A stretch of 64,000 nt of DNA from Eledone cirrhosa (GCA_964016885.1 OZ024741.1:219232001-219296000), one strand, 5' to 3'. Positions 13,973 through 26,799 are shown, counted from the stretch's first letter. Notes: generated by a model not told the origin, from the letters alone. Numbers and translations are program-made.

Positions 13973-14274
13973 TAAATAATATTTCCGTATTTTTAATTAC
14001 TCTTGGGTCTCAAATAATAGGGGAGGGGGGAATCGGTAATTTTTCGGTAAAGTTGTCTGCATTGATTTTTTTTTTTAAAACCAGAATTAGTTGTTTAGTT
14101 TACATATTGAGACCCCAACCCATCCTATTTATTTGGGATTTCTAGCAATGAACTTCATTTGACACGTAAAATTCCAATAAATGTATAAAGAAAATTAATT
14201 GTCCCTGGCATGTTACCACTTAAAAGACAAATCCATCGGAGATAGATTAGCAAAATTTAATGAATGGCATTGTA

Positions 14275-14456
14275 CCTTTTATTAGAAATATGGAAAAGAA
14301 AGGGTTAAACAACATAGACTGTGTCTTTTATTAGAAATATAGTAATGAAAGGGTTAAACATCATAGACAGTGTCTTTTATTAGAAATATTGAAAAGAAAG
14401 GGTTAAACATCATAGACAGTGTCTTTTATTAGAAATATGGTAATGAAAGGGTTAAG
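14275..14456. repeat. 49-bp tandem repeat containing AAAGGGTTAA (piggyBac-like MITE end)
   Basis: About 4 copies of TTTTATTAGAAATATGGTAATGAAAGGGTTAAACATCATAGACAGTGTC. The same unit occurs at 56750-56950. Confidence 0.8.
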
Positions 14457-14537
14457 CAGAACCATACCATTGGTTAGGATTGAACCCTGACAAAGCCTGT
14501 TTGGAATAACTAAGCTACTGTGATATGTCTAATATAT

Positions 14538-14892
14538 AATAATTGTTTCTACTTTATTTTATCGACCCCGTAAGGATGAATGGCAAAGTTAATCTTGGCG
14601 GGATTTGAACTCATACTGCAAGGGGCCATAACTCTTTGCTATAAAGCATGGCGTCAGACCCTCTACCGATACTGCCAATCCACCGCCTTATAGTATATAA
14701 TAATTGTTTCTACTTTTTTGGCACAAGGCCAGCAATTACCCAGTGCATTACTGGTACTTTATTTTATCGACCCCATAAGGATGAAAGGCAAAGTTAACCT
14801 CAGCGGGATTCGAACTCAGACCATAAAGGGGCATAACTCTTTGCTGCAAAGCATGGCCTCCGACCCTCCACCGATACTGCCAATCCACCGCC
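14538..14892 (-). mobile_element. Two tandem tRNA-derived SINEs, minus strand
   Basis: Reverse complement of the family head and central block, twice. Confidence 0.85.
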
Positions 14893-15019
14893 TGATACAT
14901 GCCCCTTTATAATAATGGCAGTAGCCATGTTGATTATCTTAGTGTCAGTTATTAATGGTGACATTGTGGCAATGGACCAACCTGTGGAAGAACACTAAAG
15001 GAGAGGCTGGCCAGTTTAG

Positions 15020-15327
15020 GATGATGGTGTTGGTGGTGGTATTGGCTGTGTTGGTGGTAGTGGTGGTGGTGGTGATGGTGTTGGTGGTGGTGGTGGTGAT
15101 GGTGGTGGTGGTGGTGGTGGTGTTTTGGTGGAGGGGGAGATGGTGTTGTGGTGGTGGTGGTGGCGGTGGAGATGGTGTTTTGGTGGAGGGGGAGATGGGG
15201 TTGTGGTGTTGTGGTGGTGGTGGTGGCGATGGTGTGGTGATGGTGGCGATGGTGTTGTGGTAGTGATGGTGGTTGGGTTAGGGTTAGGGTTGAGATTGTG
15301 TTGTTGTTGTTGTTGTTGTGGTGGTGG

Positions 15328-15378
<51 letters not shown>

Positions 15379-15637
15379 GTTGTTGTTGTTGTTGCTGTTG
15401 TTGTTGTTGTGGTGGTGGTGGTGGTGGTGGTGGTGGTGGTTGTGTTGGCCGTGGTGGTTGAAGTAGTTAAGAGGAAGAAATAATGAACATGATATGTTTA
15501 AGGAGAAAGATGAGGATGAATGCATGTATGTGTGTGAGTGTGTGTGTGAGTGTGTGTATGTGTGTATATGTGTGTGTATGTGTGTGAGTGTGTGTGTATG
15601 TGTATTTGTGTGTCAGTGTGTGTGTGTCAGTGTGTGT

Positions 15638-15668
<31 letters not shown>

Positions 15669-17205
15669 CCAAGGGGAAGTGAGAATGGGGAGAGGGAAGG
15701 TGTGTGTGTCTGTGTGCTTGTGTGTAGGTGGGAGTGAGGAAGCTGTATCTATATATATGTGTGTGTATGTGGGGGTAAGTGGCAGTGAGTGTGTGTGTAT
15801 GTATATATATATGTATATATATATATATGTGTGCGTGTGTGTGTGTGTGTATGTAGGGGTGGGTGGGTATTTAACCACCATTGTCTCCTTAACCATTCCT
15901 TTGGCTCTAACCACAGTTGTAGAAGTTTCTTAGAAAGACATACACCTTCCTCTCTTCTGTCATGGCTGACTTTAGTGCCAGTAATACTTAGGGAAGTATT
16001 ACCAGTTTTTCTGGAAGGTTTCCATTCTGAAATATCATTGTCTTCATTCTTCATCAGCGTCACTGTCACCATCATTGCCATCATTACCATCATCATCATC
16101 ATCATCATCATCATCTTCATCACCATCATTATCATCATCATCATCTTCATTATCATCAGTATCACCATCATCATCATCACCATCATCATCATTACCATCA
16201 TCATCATCACCATCACCATCATCATCATCATCATCATCATCATTATCATCATCATCATCACCATCGTCACCATCATCACCATCATCATCATCATCATCAT
16301 CATCTTCATAATGAGGATAATCATCATTATCATCATCTTTATTATCATCAACAATCATCATCACCATAATTATGATTATCATCATCATCATCATCACCAT
16401 CATCATCACCATCATTATCATCATCACCATCATTATCATCATCACCATTACCACCATCATTATAATCATCACCATCACCATCGTCACCATCATCACCATC
16501 ACCATCATCACCATCACCATCATCATCACCATCACCATCATCATCATTTATCATCATCACCATCATCATCACCATCACCATCATCATCACCATCATCATC
16601 ACCATCATTATCATCATCACCATCATCATCACCATCACTATCATCATCATCATCACCATCACCATCACCATCATCATCATTTATCATCATCACCATCACC
16701 ATCACCATCACCATCACCATCATCATTATGGGCAGCAGAGAAAATGGCCTTAGAAAGCTTCTTGTTGTTTTTAAATATGTGTATTTGATATACAATAGCC
16801 CCATTTTATCCCAGTAGCCCCGGAGGACGTGAATAAAAGGGGTTAGCTACAGGATGGGCACTTGAGTGTAAACCCTATGTTGAATATTAGACTAATTATG
16901 GAGCACAGAGCTAACCCCTGCTTTTGTATGGAAATTGCTCTTAAAATGCTTCTTGTTGTTTTTGTTATTCTTGCTGCTGTTGTTGCTGCTGCTGCTGTTG
17001 TTGTTGTTGTTGTTGTTGACGCTGTTGCTGCTGCTTTGTTGCTGTTGTTGCTGTTATAGTGATGTTGTTATTGTTGTTGATGTGGTTGTTGTTGTTGTTG
17101 CTGTTGTTGTTGCTGTTATAGTGATGTTGTTATTGTTGTTGCTGTTGTTGTTGGTGTTGTTGTTGTTGTTGTTGTTGCTGTTGTTGTTGTTATTGTTGTT
17201 GTTAT
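15020..17205. repeat. Mixed microsatellite block: (GGT)n, (GTT)n, (TG)n, (ATC)n with short unique islands
   Basis: Visible. Confidence 0.9.
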
Positions 17206-17599
17206 CTGTGAATGATGTAAATATCATTTTTGATGTTTTTGTTTATTTTCTAAGCTGTGAAACTGACATCATCATCATCATAACACTGATATGTAAATTT
17301 GTGCACTAATATGTAAATAATTTAAGTAGCAATTTCTATTGAGGGATATATAATTTGATGTCTCTCGGTAGAGAATTAAGTTGAATTAGAAACTGATGTG
17401 ATATAATGGTGGGGTGGTTGGGGGAAGAAGATCTTCATATACTATACTTATCTTATTGATAACATTGGGTGGGCATGTACACTATGTTTTATTTCACAAT
17501 ATTGTATATATTTTTAAACTCCCACCCTTGCAAGCAGGGAAAAAGTGGACGTAAAATGAAATGATGATGATGATATATATATAACTATATAGCCCACAC

Positions 17600-18920
17600 T
17601 ATATAGTGATCATAAAGGTGTCACAACAAAAAGCACCCAGTCCACACTGTAAAATGATTGTATAGGTGTCATGACAAAAAGCACCGAGTCTACACTGTAA
17701 AGTGGTCGTGTAGGTCTCATGACAAAAAGCACCCAGTCTACACTGTAAAGTGGTCATGTAGGTCTCATGACAAAAAGCACCCAGCCCACACTGTAAAATG
17801 GTTGTATAAGTGTCATGACAAAAAGCACCCAGCCCACACTGTAAAGTGGTCATGTAGGTGTCATGATAAAAAGCACCCAGCCCACACTGTAAAGTGGTCA
17901 TGTAGGTCTCATGACAAAAAGCACCCAGCCCACACTGTAAAGTGGTTGTATAAGTGTCATGACAAAAAGCACCCAGCCCACACTGTAAAGTGGTCATGTA
18001 GGTCTCATGACAAAAAGCACCCAGCCCACACTGTAAAGTGGTCGTGTAGGTCTCATGACAAAAAGCACCCAGTCTACACTGTAAAGTGGTCATGTAGGTG
18101 TCATGATAAAAAGCACCCAGCCCACACTGTAAAGTGGTTGTATAAGTGTCATGACAAAAAGCACCCAGTCCACACTGTAAAGTGGTCATGTAGGTCTCAT
18201 GACAAAAAGCACCCAGCCCACACTGTAAAGTGGTCATGTAGGTGTCATGATAAAAAGCACCCAGCCCACACTGTAAAGTGGTCATGTAGGTCTCATGACA
18301 AAAAGCACCCAGCCCACACTGTAAAGTGGTTGTATAAGTGTCATGACAAAAAGCACCCAGCCCACACTGTAAAGTGGTCATGTAGGTCTCATGACAAAAA
18401 GCACCCAGCCCACACTGTAACGTGGTTGTATAAGTGTCATGACAAAAAGCACCCAGTCCACACTGTAAAGTGGTCATGTAGGTGTCATGATAAAAAGCAC
18501 CCAGCCCACACTGTAAAGTGGTTGTATAAGTGTCATGACAAAAAGCACCCAGTCTATACTGTAAAGTGGTCATGTAGGTCTCATGACAAAAAGCACCCAG
18601 CCCACACTGGAAAGTCGTCATGTAGGTCTCATGACAAAAAGCACCCAGCCCACACTGGAAAGTCGTCGTGTAGGTCTCATGACAAAAAGCACCCAGCCCA
18701 CACTGTTAAGTGGTCATTTAGGTATCATGACAAAAAGCACCCAGTACACACTGTAAATGTGGTTGGTGTTTGGAAGGGCATCCATCCATAGAAACCAAGC
18801 CAAAATCAGTTCTGTGTGAGCGAATCATGGTCCCATGACCTCATCTCTCACAAAGGGACAGCCCATCCTACCTATGCTAGCAGGGAAGATGGATGTTAAA
18901 TGACGATGATGATGATGATA
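17600..18920 (+). repeat. 48-bp minisatellite (~24 copies) running into an RTE-type SINE/LINE tail
   Basis: Unit CATGACAAAAAGCACCCAGCCCACACTGTAAAGTGGTCATGTAGGTCT. It continues into GGTTGGTGTTTGGAAGGGCATCC...ATGCTAGCAGGGAAGATGGATGTTAAA..(GAT)n. Confidence 0.95.
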
Positions 18921-19235
18921 GGTATACTAGTAATCGTTTTCTGTTACTTGTGTTTAAGAGTTTGAGTAATGTGGATCGAGGACTTTCTCCGCATACAGTG
19001 GTTTTTTTACTCAACAAGTGGGTTACTGCAAGAGGTAGAGTGTAGGGTGATCTTTAGAAGGTTCCATAATCAGTAATTATGGAGTAATTACAATTAGATA
19101 AAGATTTACATAGATTCACAGTTTGCTGTACACAAGGATTTATTTCAAACATTTACATATGTTTCATTAACATATATGGAAGCTCATCTAGAAACCACTA
19201 ATCCCAATAATCTATTGGGAAAAATCAAATTCAAA

Positions 19236-19490
19236 TCATTATCATCATCATCATCATTTTACATCCGCTTTTCCCTGCTTGCAAGGGTGGGATGGGTCCT
19301 ATTCAGCCCAGCATCTCTCCACTTGCCATGGTCCTTTGTCATCTCCTCCGTGAGTTTCAGCGATCTGAGGTCTGCTCTCACCACCTCCGCCCATGTTTTT
19401 CGTGATCTTCCTCTACTGCGTCTTCCTTCTACTGGCATTTCTTGGCACTTCTTTACCCAGCGGTCATCCTCCATGCGCATCACATGTCCA
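19236..19490 (-). mobile_element. RTE LINE 3' fragment inserted in the inverted pLTR
   Basis: FGHVMRMEDDRWVKKCQEMPVEGRRSRGRSRKTWAEVV plus a (GAT)n tail. Confidence 0.85.
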
Positions 19491-19789
19491 AATATAATAA
19501 AAAAATTTTTTATCTTTTTACTCCCAGCACATAAAATTATCAAAATAGAATAATGACTGGTATCAGGAGCTTGTAAGAAGGATAGGTGTGTTGATGGGAA
19601 AAGGAGTAGATATAAAAAGATAAACAATACAGAGAGTTCATAATAAATACCACAAAATATTTAACAGAAAACCCATCAAATTATTGTACTCAACTGCGAT
19701 CAATCTCGATGTGTATATAATGAGGCTCAACAGAAAGTGTACATCCAAGCATAATAATTCACAAGACCCTAGCATAGATTCTAACAAGA

Positions 19790-21350
19790 AACATCACACA
19801 CTAGTACACTTGCAACTGGTAAACCAACATAAAGCTACAAATACACACACTAGTACACTTGCAACTGGTAAACCAACATAAAATAACAAACACAACACTT
19901 GCAACTGGTAAAACAACATAAAACAACAAACACCACACATTAGTACATTTGCAACTGGTAAAACAACATAAAACAACAAACACCACACATTAGTACATTT
20001 GCAACTGGTAAAACAACATAAAACTACAAACACCACACATTAGTACATTTGCAACTGGTAAAACAACATAAAACTACAAACACCACACATTAGTACATTT
20101 ACAACTGGTAAAACAACATAAAACAACAAACACCACACATTAGTACATTTGCAACTGGTAAAACAACATAAAACAACAAACACCACACATTAGTACATTT
20201 GCAACTGGTAAAACTACATAAAACAACAAACACCACACATTAGTACATTTGCAACTGGTAAAGTAACATAAAACTACAAACACCACACATTAGTACATTT
20301 GCAACTGGTAAAGTAACATAAAACTACAAACACCACACATTAGTACATTTGCAACTGGTAAAACTACATAAAACTACAAACACCACACATTAGTACATTT
20401 GCAACTGGTAAAACTACATAAAACAACAAACACCACACATTATTACATTTGCAACTGGTAAAGTAATATAAAACAACAAACACCACACATTAGTACATTT
20501 GCAACTGGTAAAACTACATAAAACAACAAACACCACACATTATTACATTTGCAACTGGTAAAGTAATATAAAACAACAAACACCACACATTATTACATTT
20601 GCAACTGGTAAAGTAATATAAAACAACAAACACCACACATTAGTACATTTGCAACTGGTAAAGTAATATAAAACAACAAACACCACACATTATTACATTT
20701 GCAACTGGTAAAACAACATAAAACAACAAACACCACACATTATTACATTTGCAACTGGTAAAGTAATATAAAACAACAAACACCACACATTATTACATTT
20801 GCAACTGGTAAAGTAATATAAAACAACAAACACCACACATTAGTACATTTGCAACTGGTAAAGTAATATAAAACAACAAACACCACACATTATTACATTT
20901 GCAACTGGTAAAACAACATAAAACAACAAACACCACACATTATTACATTTGCAACTGGTAAAGTAATATAAAACAACAAACACCACACATTATTACATTT
21001 GCAACTGGTAAAACAACATAAAACTACAAACACCACACATTAGTACATTTGCAACTGGTAAAACAACATAAAACAACAAACACCACACATTAGTACATTT
21101 GCAACTGGTAAAGTAACATAAAACAACAAACACCACACATTAGTACATTTGCAACTGGTAAAGTAACATAAAACAACAAACACCACACATTAGTACATTT
21201 GCAACTGGTAAAGTAATATAAAACAACAAACACCACACATTAGTACATTTGCAACTGGTAAAACAACATAAAACTACAAACACCACACATTAGTACATTT
21301 GCAACTGGTAAAGTAACATAAAACTACAAACACCACACATTAGTACATTT
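19790..21350. repeat. 50-bp minisatellite (~31 copies)
   Basis: Unit CACCACACATTAGTACATTTGCAACTGGTAAAACAACATAAAACAACAAA. Confidence 0.97.
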
Positions 21351-22454
21351 CAAATCTTCATCACAGCCTTATCCACCTCCCACTTCATATAATCGCCTAG
21401 AACCTTTGCATAGAAAAAGGTCAATTGTAACTACCCCCAACCAGATAGATACCCCTCCAAAACAAATGTCTAGACAGTAGCTTAGTATACTTATGCACTA
21501 TCAGCACTAGCAAACATAAATGGAAATATATAGGGTCAACAGTGAAGGATTTCAAGAAACGTTGGTATGTGACACTCTATAAGGAATTACAGACTCAAAA
21601 ACTCAACCACATTAGCTAGCAAAATTTGGGAGTTGAAAGAATACGGATCAAAATACCAACTATCTTGGACTAAACTAGGCACAACCAATAGACAATCAAA
21701 GTAACTTATGCAAACTGGAGTTATATTACATAATTACAGGGGTCAACCTACTAAATAGCATTATAGAACGTGTCTTCATCTGTAGACATAAAATCGCGAA
21801 TACATTCTCCTACTACAAAACAGGATAGCCTAACATTCGATCCATCTACCATTCTACTCAGACATATATAAACCTTATCTCCTAGACTCTCTCATTTCCT
21901 TATTATACCTTTCATATATATTCTGACACCATTGAAAAAACATTGAGCTAAGTCTTGTTGGCATGGCCATAAAACAATGGCACTACCTTATCTATAAATC
22001 AATTACCACCCTGTCAGAATCAACAGCCAGGTGCATGTCAGCTGGATTCTTGGACAAATAGCCATTAGTCAATACAACAAAACACTTTCAACCAATCAGC
22101 AGCCACATCCACCTGCAACAAGTAAACAATAACAACATCTAACTTTTATGGTGAACTCTCTGTATACGCTTATTGTTTATGTTTTTATATCTTCTTTTCC
22201 ACCCTTCTTATAAGGTCCTGATACCAGTCATTATTCTGTTTTGATAATTTGATGTGCTGGGATTAAAAAAAAACTTCAAAATTTTACCATATTTGAATTC
22301 AATTTTTCCCAATAGATTATTAGCATTAGTGGTTTCTAGATGAGCTTCCATATATGTTAATGAAACATATGTAAATGTTTGAAATAAAACCTCTTGTACA
22401 GCAAACTGTGAATCTGTGTAAATCTTTATCTAATATACATATATATATATATAT

Positions 22455-23645
22455 ATCATCATCATCATCAATGTTTAACGTCCGTGTTCCACGCTTGCAT
22501 GGGTTTGGACGGGGGTATTCCCACTTGAAGCAAGAGTGATTGTCTTGCTCGCATAGGACTGTCTGGCAGGTTTTCTACAGTTGGATGCCCTTCCTAACAC
22601 CAACCACATTTACAGTGTGGGTCTGGGAGGTTTTTACCGTGTTGCCTACACGGCCACATTACAGCGTGGACTGTGTGTTTTTTTGTCGTGACACCTACAC
22701 GATCTCATTTGTTTCGGCCTGGATGGCGCGGCACCAACATAACTTTACATAGAACGGGGTGGTGTGGATGGGGTGGGGGTGGTGGGACGGGGTGTATTTT
22801 GTTAGAGATGCCTACTGGCTGTAGTAGGTTTTACTATGTATTTAGGTAAGGCGGGTCTTCTCTGTTACTGAGTACCGCCAAAGGTCTCGGTCCAGTGACA
22901 TTGTCTTGGAGAGGTGTAAGTGTGTGAGGTCGGAATTTATCAGCTCGTCCCAGGTTTTTCTAGGTCTGCCTATTCCATGGCTACCGTCTATCTTTATTGC
23001 CCTGCACTTTGTTATACAGCTATCGACTTTCATGCGCATCACGTGTCCATACCAACGTAGCCTTCTCTCGAGTAAACAACATCTGATCCCTCTTATTTCT
23101 AATTTTTTTCTTAGTTCGTTTATGCTTTGCCGTTCACGTATATTACTGTTACACATCCAGCGGAGCATGCAAGCTTCGTTCCTCTCTAGTCTGCGTATAT
23201 CCTCTGCACACAATGCCCAGGTCTCACTGCCATGCAACATTGCTGTTCGTATGCAGGCATCATACAACCTGCCTTTCATTTTTAGGGAGAACCCTTTAGC
23301 AGCTAATAGTGGTATAAGCTCTCTGAACTTTTTCCAACCAGTTCTGACTCTAGCTACTGTACTTTCAGAGCACCCTCCCCCACTGCTGATTTTATCGCCC
23401 AGGTAACGGAAGCTGTCCACTATTTCTATAGAACCCTCTGCGCAATTGAAAGAGCTAGTATTTTGTGGGCACTTGCTGCTACTTATTGCACCAGAGCACC
23501 GGCCACATGTAAAATATATGTTCTTAGTTAGCTTACCTGTGATCCCACTACATCTTTTATGCACCCATACTTTGCATTTGGGACATAAAATGGAGTTTCT
23601 ACCTACGCCTTTCCTACACACTGAGCATGACCATTTCCCAGAAGG
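22455..23645 (-). mobile_element. 5'-truncated RTE LINE (PHD-containing family)
   Basis: ORF 22842-23621 has CxxC..HxxC..CGRC, EIVDSFRYLG, MLHGSETW, RLRWYGHVMRM and GRPRKTW, plus a (GAT)n tail. Homologous to 58210-59420. Confidence 0.92.
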
Positions 23646-24086
23646 GACCGCCGCCTTATTTTATATGTATATATATATGTATATATAAGTATTGTTATAC
23701 TTGGGGGGGGGGGTCATATTGTTGTAATAATATTGCCAGAAATAATAACAGAACACACTCACTGTTTGGTTGGTTTTCGCTTCTGTATCTTTTATATGTC
23801 CACAGTTAATTCATTTGGTCCTCAAAGTTTATCATTGACTGACCAACGGTTAAAAGTACAGATATAATATATGTTTCTTTTATTTGCCACCAGGGCATCA
23901 AAAGTGGGACAAGTACAATGGGGGGAGTTTACAAAACAAGGCATCCTCAATAAGGAGGAGGCAATAACAATATATAAAAATAAAATAAAATATAACAAAA
24001 AATAAAATTTATAACAAAGTCCTCAATAGAGAGGAGGCGCCTTGGGGGGGGGGGGTCGCACACACCCCCGAGATATAAACACATAT

Positions 24087-24142
24087 ATATAGTCTAACAA
24101 AGTTCTTTCATTGCCCATCTGCAACATCATCAGTGGTACTAT
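24087..24142 (-). ncRNA. Degenerate hammerhead ribozyme in a Penelope-like 3' region
   Basis: Minus strand: TAGTACCA CTGATGA T GTTGC-AGATGG-GCAAT GAAA GAAC TT TGTTAGACTA. Stem I is imperfect. Confidence 0.5.
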
Positions 24143-24349
24143 TATATTCCTCCTGTTGTATTGTATGTCTACGCCATTTTTATTTCATCTGTTTATTTAT
24201 TTATTTTTGTCTTCTCTGTGCATGCATTTGCGTGTGTGTATAGTGTTTGGTGTGTGTTCGCGTTTGGGTGACTGTGTTTTGGTTATTGTATTCTATCTTA
24301 GTTTACTAGTGTGTCATTATATGTGTTTGTTGTTATTGTGTTTGTGTAT

Positions 24350-24380
<31 letters not shown>

Positions 24381-24399
24381 TATTTCTCTTAAGTCAGTA

Positions 24400-25340
24400 T
24401 TGTTTGTTTGGGTGTTGTTGTTATTCCATTCATTTTTTTTGTTTAGCTTTGGCCTTCTAAGCTCTATTTCGCTTGCCTCTCTGATTTGCCTATCTGTTGG
24501 GTCATTTCTATGTTTAGATATTATTTTAATTTCTATGTTGTCTATGTTGTTGTCATGTTTCTGCAAGTACCCTCTGTGCATCCTATGCTATAGACTACGT
24601 TTCTAGTTTTACAGTTTATCTGGGGGTTTACTTTACATATAACACATTTCCTATTAGTACAGTGGGTATGTTTTGCTGATCAGGGATTTTATGGTAATTC
24701 CTGGCTTTTCTACCACTTTAAGCTTTAAGTGGGTCTTTCTCAGGGCCTTTCTACACTGGTTAGCTAATTTCCCTCCAGGGGTAGCATCCACGAATATGAC
24801 ACTCTGGTATCTTTGGTTGTCGTACCATGAGGTGGCTTTCCCTATCTTATGTTTAGTCCTATCTAATCTATTCCATGATTTGCTCCTGTAAAATGGGCAA
24901 ATTCGTTTCATGTCCAGTTCTATGAGGGTCTTATACTTCTCTGTGGCTCCTTTGTATACTCTGATTCTGTCTCTTTGGTTGTAGCCAGAGAACTGCATGC
25001 AGTTGATGAAGTGTTGGATGTGTATTTCCATTTCTGTTGGGTCGCACGTGCCGGACACGTTCTTCATCACTCGTACCAAATCTGCAATCAGAATATTAAA
25101 CTTAGCACTCCTGGACACTGCTGAGTTTTTGAGTATCAGGTATTTGGAGGCCATGGGTTTAGCATAGTGTGAGTGGAGAATTTGGGCCCTCTCGTCTATA
25201 GTGTTAATCAAGAGTTCCGTGTCTAATACAGTTAGTCTACTGTTAGGGTGTTTGGAAGGGTAGTCGATAGTTACAGTTATACTCTGGTGTATGGAGTTAG
25301 CTATCTGCTGGATGCTTTCCATTGTGCTACTTTCTAAATC
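24400..25340 (-). pseudogene. Penelope-like RT C-terminus/thumb plus Cys linker plus partial GIY-YIG endonuclease
   Basis: TIDYPSKHPNSRLTVLD..HSHYAKPMAS..FSGY..IFVDATPGGKL..VVEKPG, then after a frameshift CTNRKCVIC..CKTRNVVYSIGC and DPTDRQIREASEI..LNKKNEW. Confidence 0.8.
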
Positions 25341-25779
25341 AACAACCACAATAATAATAATGGAAACATTAACGACAGACACAACAACAACAACAACGAC
25401 CACAGTGGTAATAATGGAAATAATATGAGTAGCAACATTAATGATAGACACAAAAACAATCACCACCACAACAACAAAAACAAATCATAACAATAATAAT
25501 AATGTTAATGGTAGGAACAACAACAACCATAATAACAATAATAGCAACACACACAACTATGACAATAGATATAATGACAACCCTTAGAGAAACTATTCTT
25601 CAACCCAGCTGACAAAACATATAAGATGAGTAAAATTTATCCTACGAGGTTACCCTTTAATAAAGGGGTTTGTATACCACAACAAATATATGACGAGACA
25701 GAGGCACAGTTCACCATAGCTAGAAATAAGATTAGACAAATAGTAGACTGATATACTAAGAGACAAACTTGGAAGGAAA

Positions 25780-26195
25780 CCTGTAGAAGGCTTAGTTAGC
25801 CTCAAGCAGCGCACAAGGGATGGTGAGGTAGTGTGTCTACCCACAGTCTGTAGGATGTCAATAGACAGCATGCCGAACTACATCAAGGCTATGCTCAACG
25901 CTCACATGATGATGTGGACCGACATCCTAAAGCCAAGTAGACGCACTGCCAACAACTTCCAGGCGTCTAACAATGACATACCACCCTTGTATGGGCTCCG
26001 CAAAGACCATAAGACAGTCGATGACCCAACAACAGGACCACCAACAAGACCTGTATGTGGAGCCAATATCGCTAGCAACTACAGGATCTCCTACTTCCTC
26101 TCAATGGTTATACGCCCCATAATCAAGATGTCCCCAGATGTATCTGACAGTACAGAGGACCTCCTCAGCAGAATCAATGAGTGCAACAAAAACAA
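25780..26195 (+). pseudogene. Penelope-like RT N-terminal fragment
   Basis: PPLYGLRKDHK...PTRPVCGA...STEDLL matches the Penelope-like (P.LYGL.K.HK / RP) RT N-terminal motifs. Confidence 0.75.
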
Positions 26196-26350
26196 AAAAC
26201 CCTATGACCCTCCCCAAGTATAACAATATTTGTTTCGACACATGATTTCATATAAAAAATCTCGCAAAACAAATATATATATGTAAATATATATATATAT
26301 ATTATGAAAGTAAAACAAAGAAGCCTTCAATACATCAAAAGTCTTTATTA

Positions 26351-26390
26351 GCCAACAATGTTTTGTCCTATTAAGGACTCATCAGGGCAA
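26351..26390 (-). ncRNA. Hammerhead ribozyme remnant followed by AATAAA
   Basis: Minus strand: GCC CTGATGA GTCCT-TAAT-AGGAC AAAA CATTG TT GGC TAATAAA. The core GAAA reads AAAA, consistent with CpG decay. Confidence 0.6.
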
Positions 26391-26799
26391 TTAAAACAAC
26401 AAGAAGTATTATCGGCCAATACAAGCCGAAAACTCCGAAGAATATGGAGTGTACATAGACTAAAGTATTGCAAGATTATGGGTAAAAATATGTAATAAAA
26501 ATCACTAAGGAGGTGTATAACATTTAGAACCATATTACAAATATAGTCCAAAGCAAAAAACCTAGAGCTAAACAAAGCTGGTTATATAGAGCGGGAATTA
26601 TATATAATACTATATAATATAATATAATATACTTGTAACAATATTAAAATTACAATAAAAATTAAAATATATATATATATATAAAGAGAGAGAGATAGTT
26701 AGATAGATAGATAGATGCATACACATGCACATATATGTGCAGAAATACATACATACACCTACACATATATATTGAGATATATACATATGCATACATACA

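Larger units (their letters stand above)
19094..22435 (+). mobile_element. Penelope-like element: inverted 5' pLTR copy, GIY-YIG remnant, 3' pLTR ending in (TA)n
   Basis: 19094-19235 plus 19490-19645 is the reverse complement of ~22145-22435. Region 21420-21830 translates (with frameshifts) to NKCLDSSLVYLCTIS..KYIGSTVKDFKKRWY..STTLASKIWELKE..LLN..CRHK. Confidence 0.8.

Noticed and set aside
15275-15291. TTAGGG telomere-like repeat
   Set aside because: Fewer than three units inside a (GGT)n tract; likely chance or slippage.
16015-16060. Minus-strand CTGATGA...GAAA as another hammerhead
   Set aside because: No pairing for stems I-III; CTGATGA arises at the edge of a (GAT)n tract.
17599-18791. 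340/377-aa repeat proteins (HDKKHPAHTVKW..), superficially zinc-finger-like
   Set aside because: A 48-bp satellite whose unit lies in retroelement 3' UTRs; other arrays of the same unit have 47-bp frame-breaking variants.
19790-21350. CRISPR-like regular repeat arrays (also 11227-13412, 30190-32307, 59720-60514)
   Set aside because: Head-to-tail units with no unique spacers, eukaryotic context and no cas genes.
21435-21475. Resemblance of the Penelope linker (CCCCTCCAAAACAAATGTCTAG) to the 24-bp satellite unit
   Set aside because: Short, low-complexity match that cannot support common origin.
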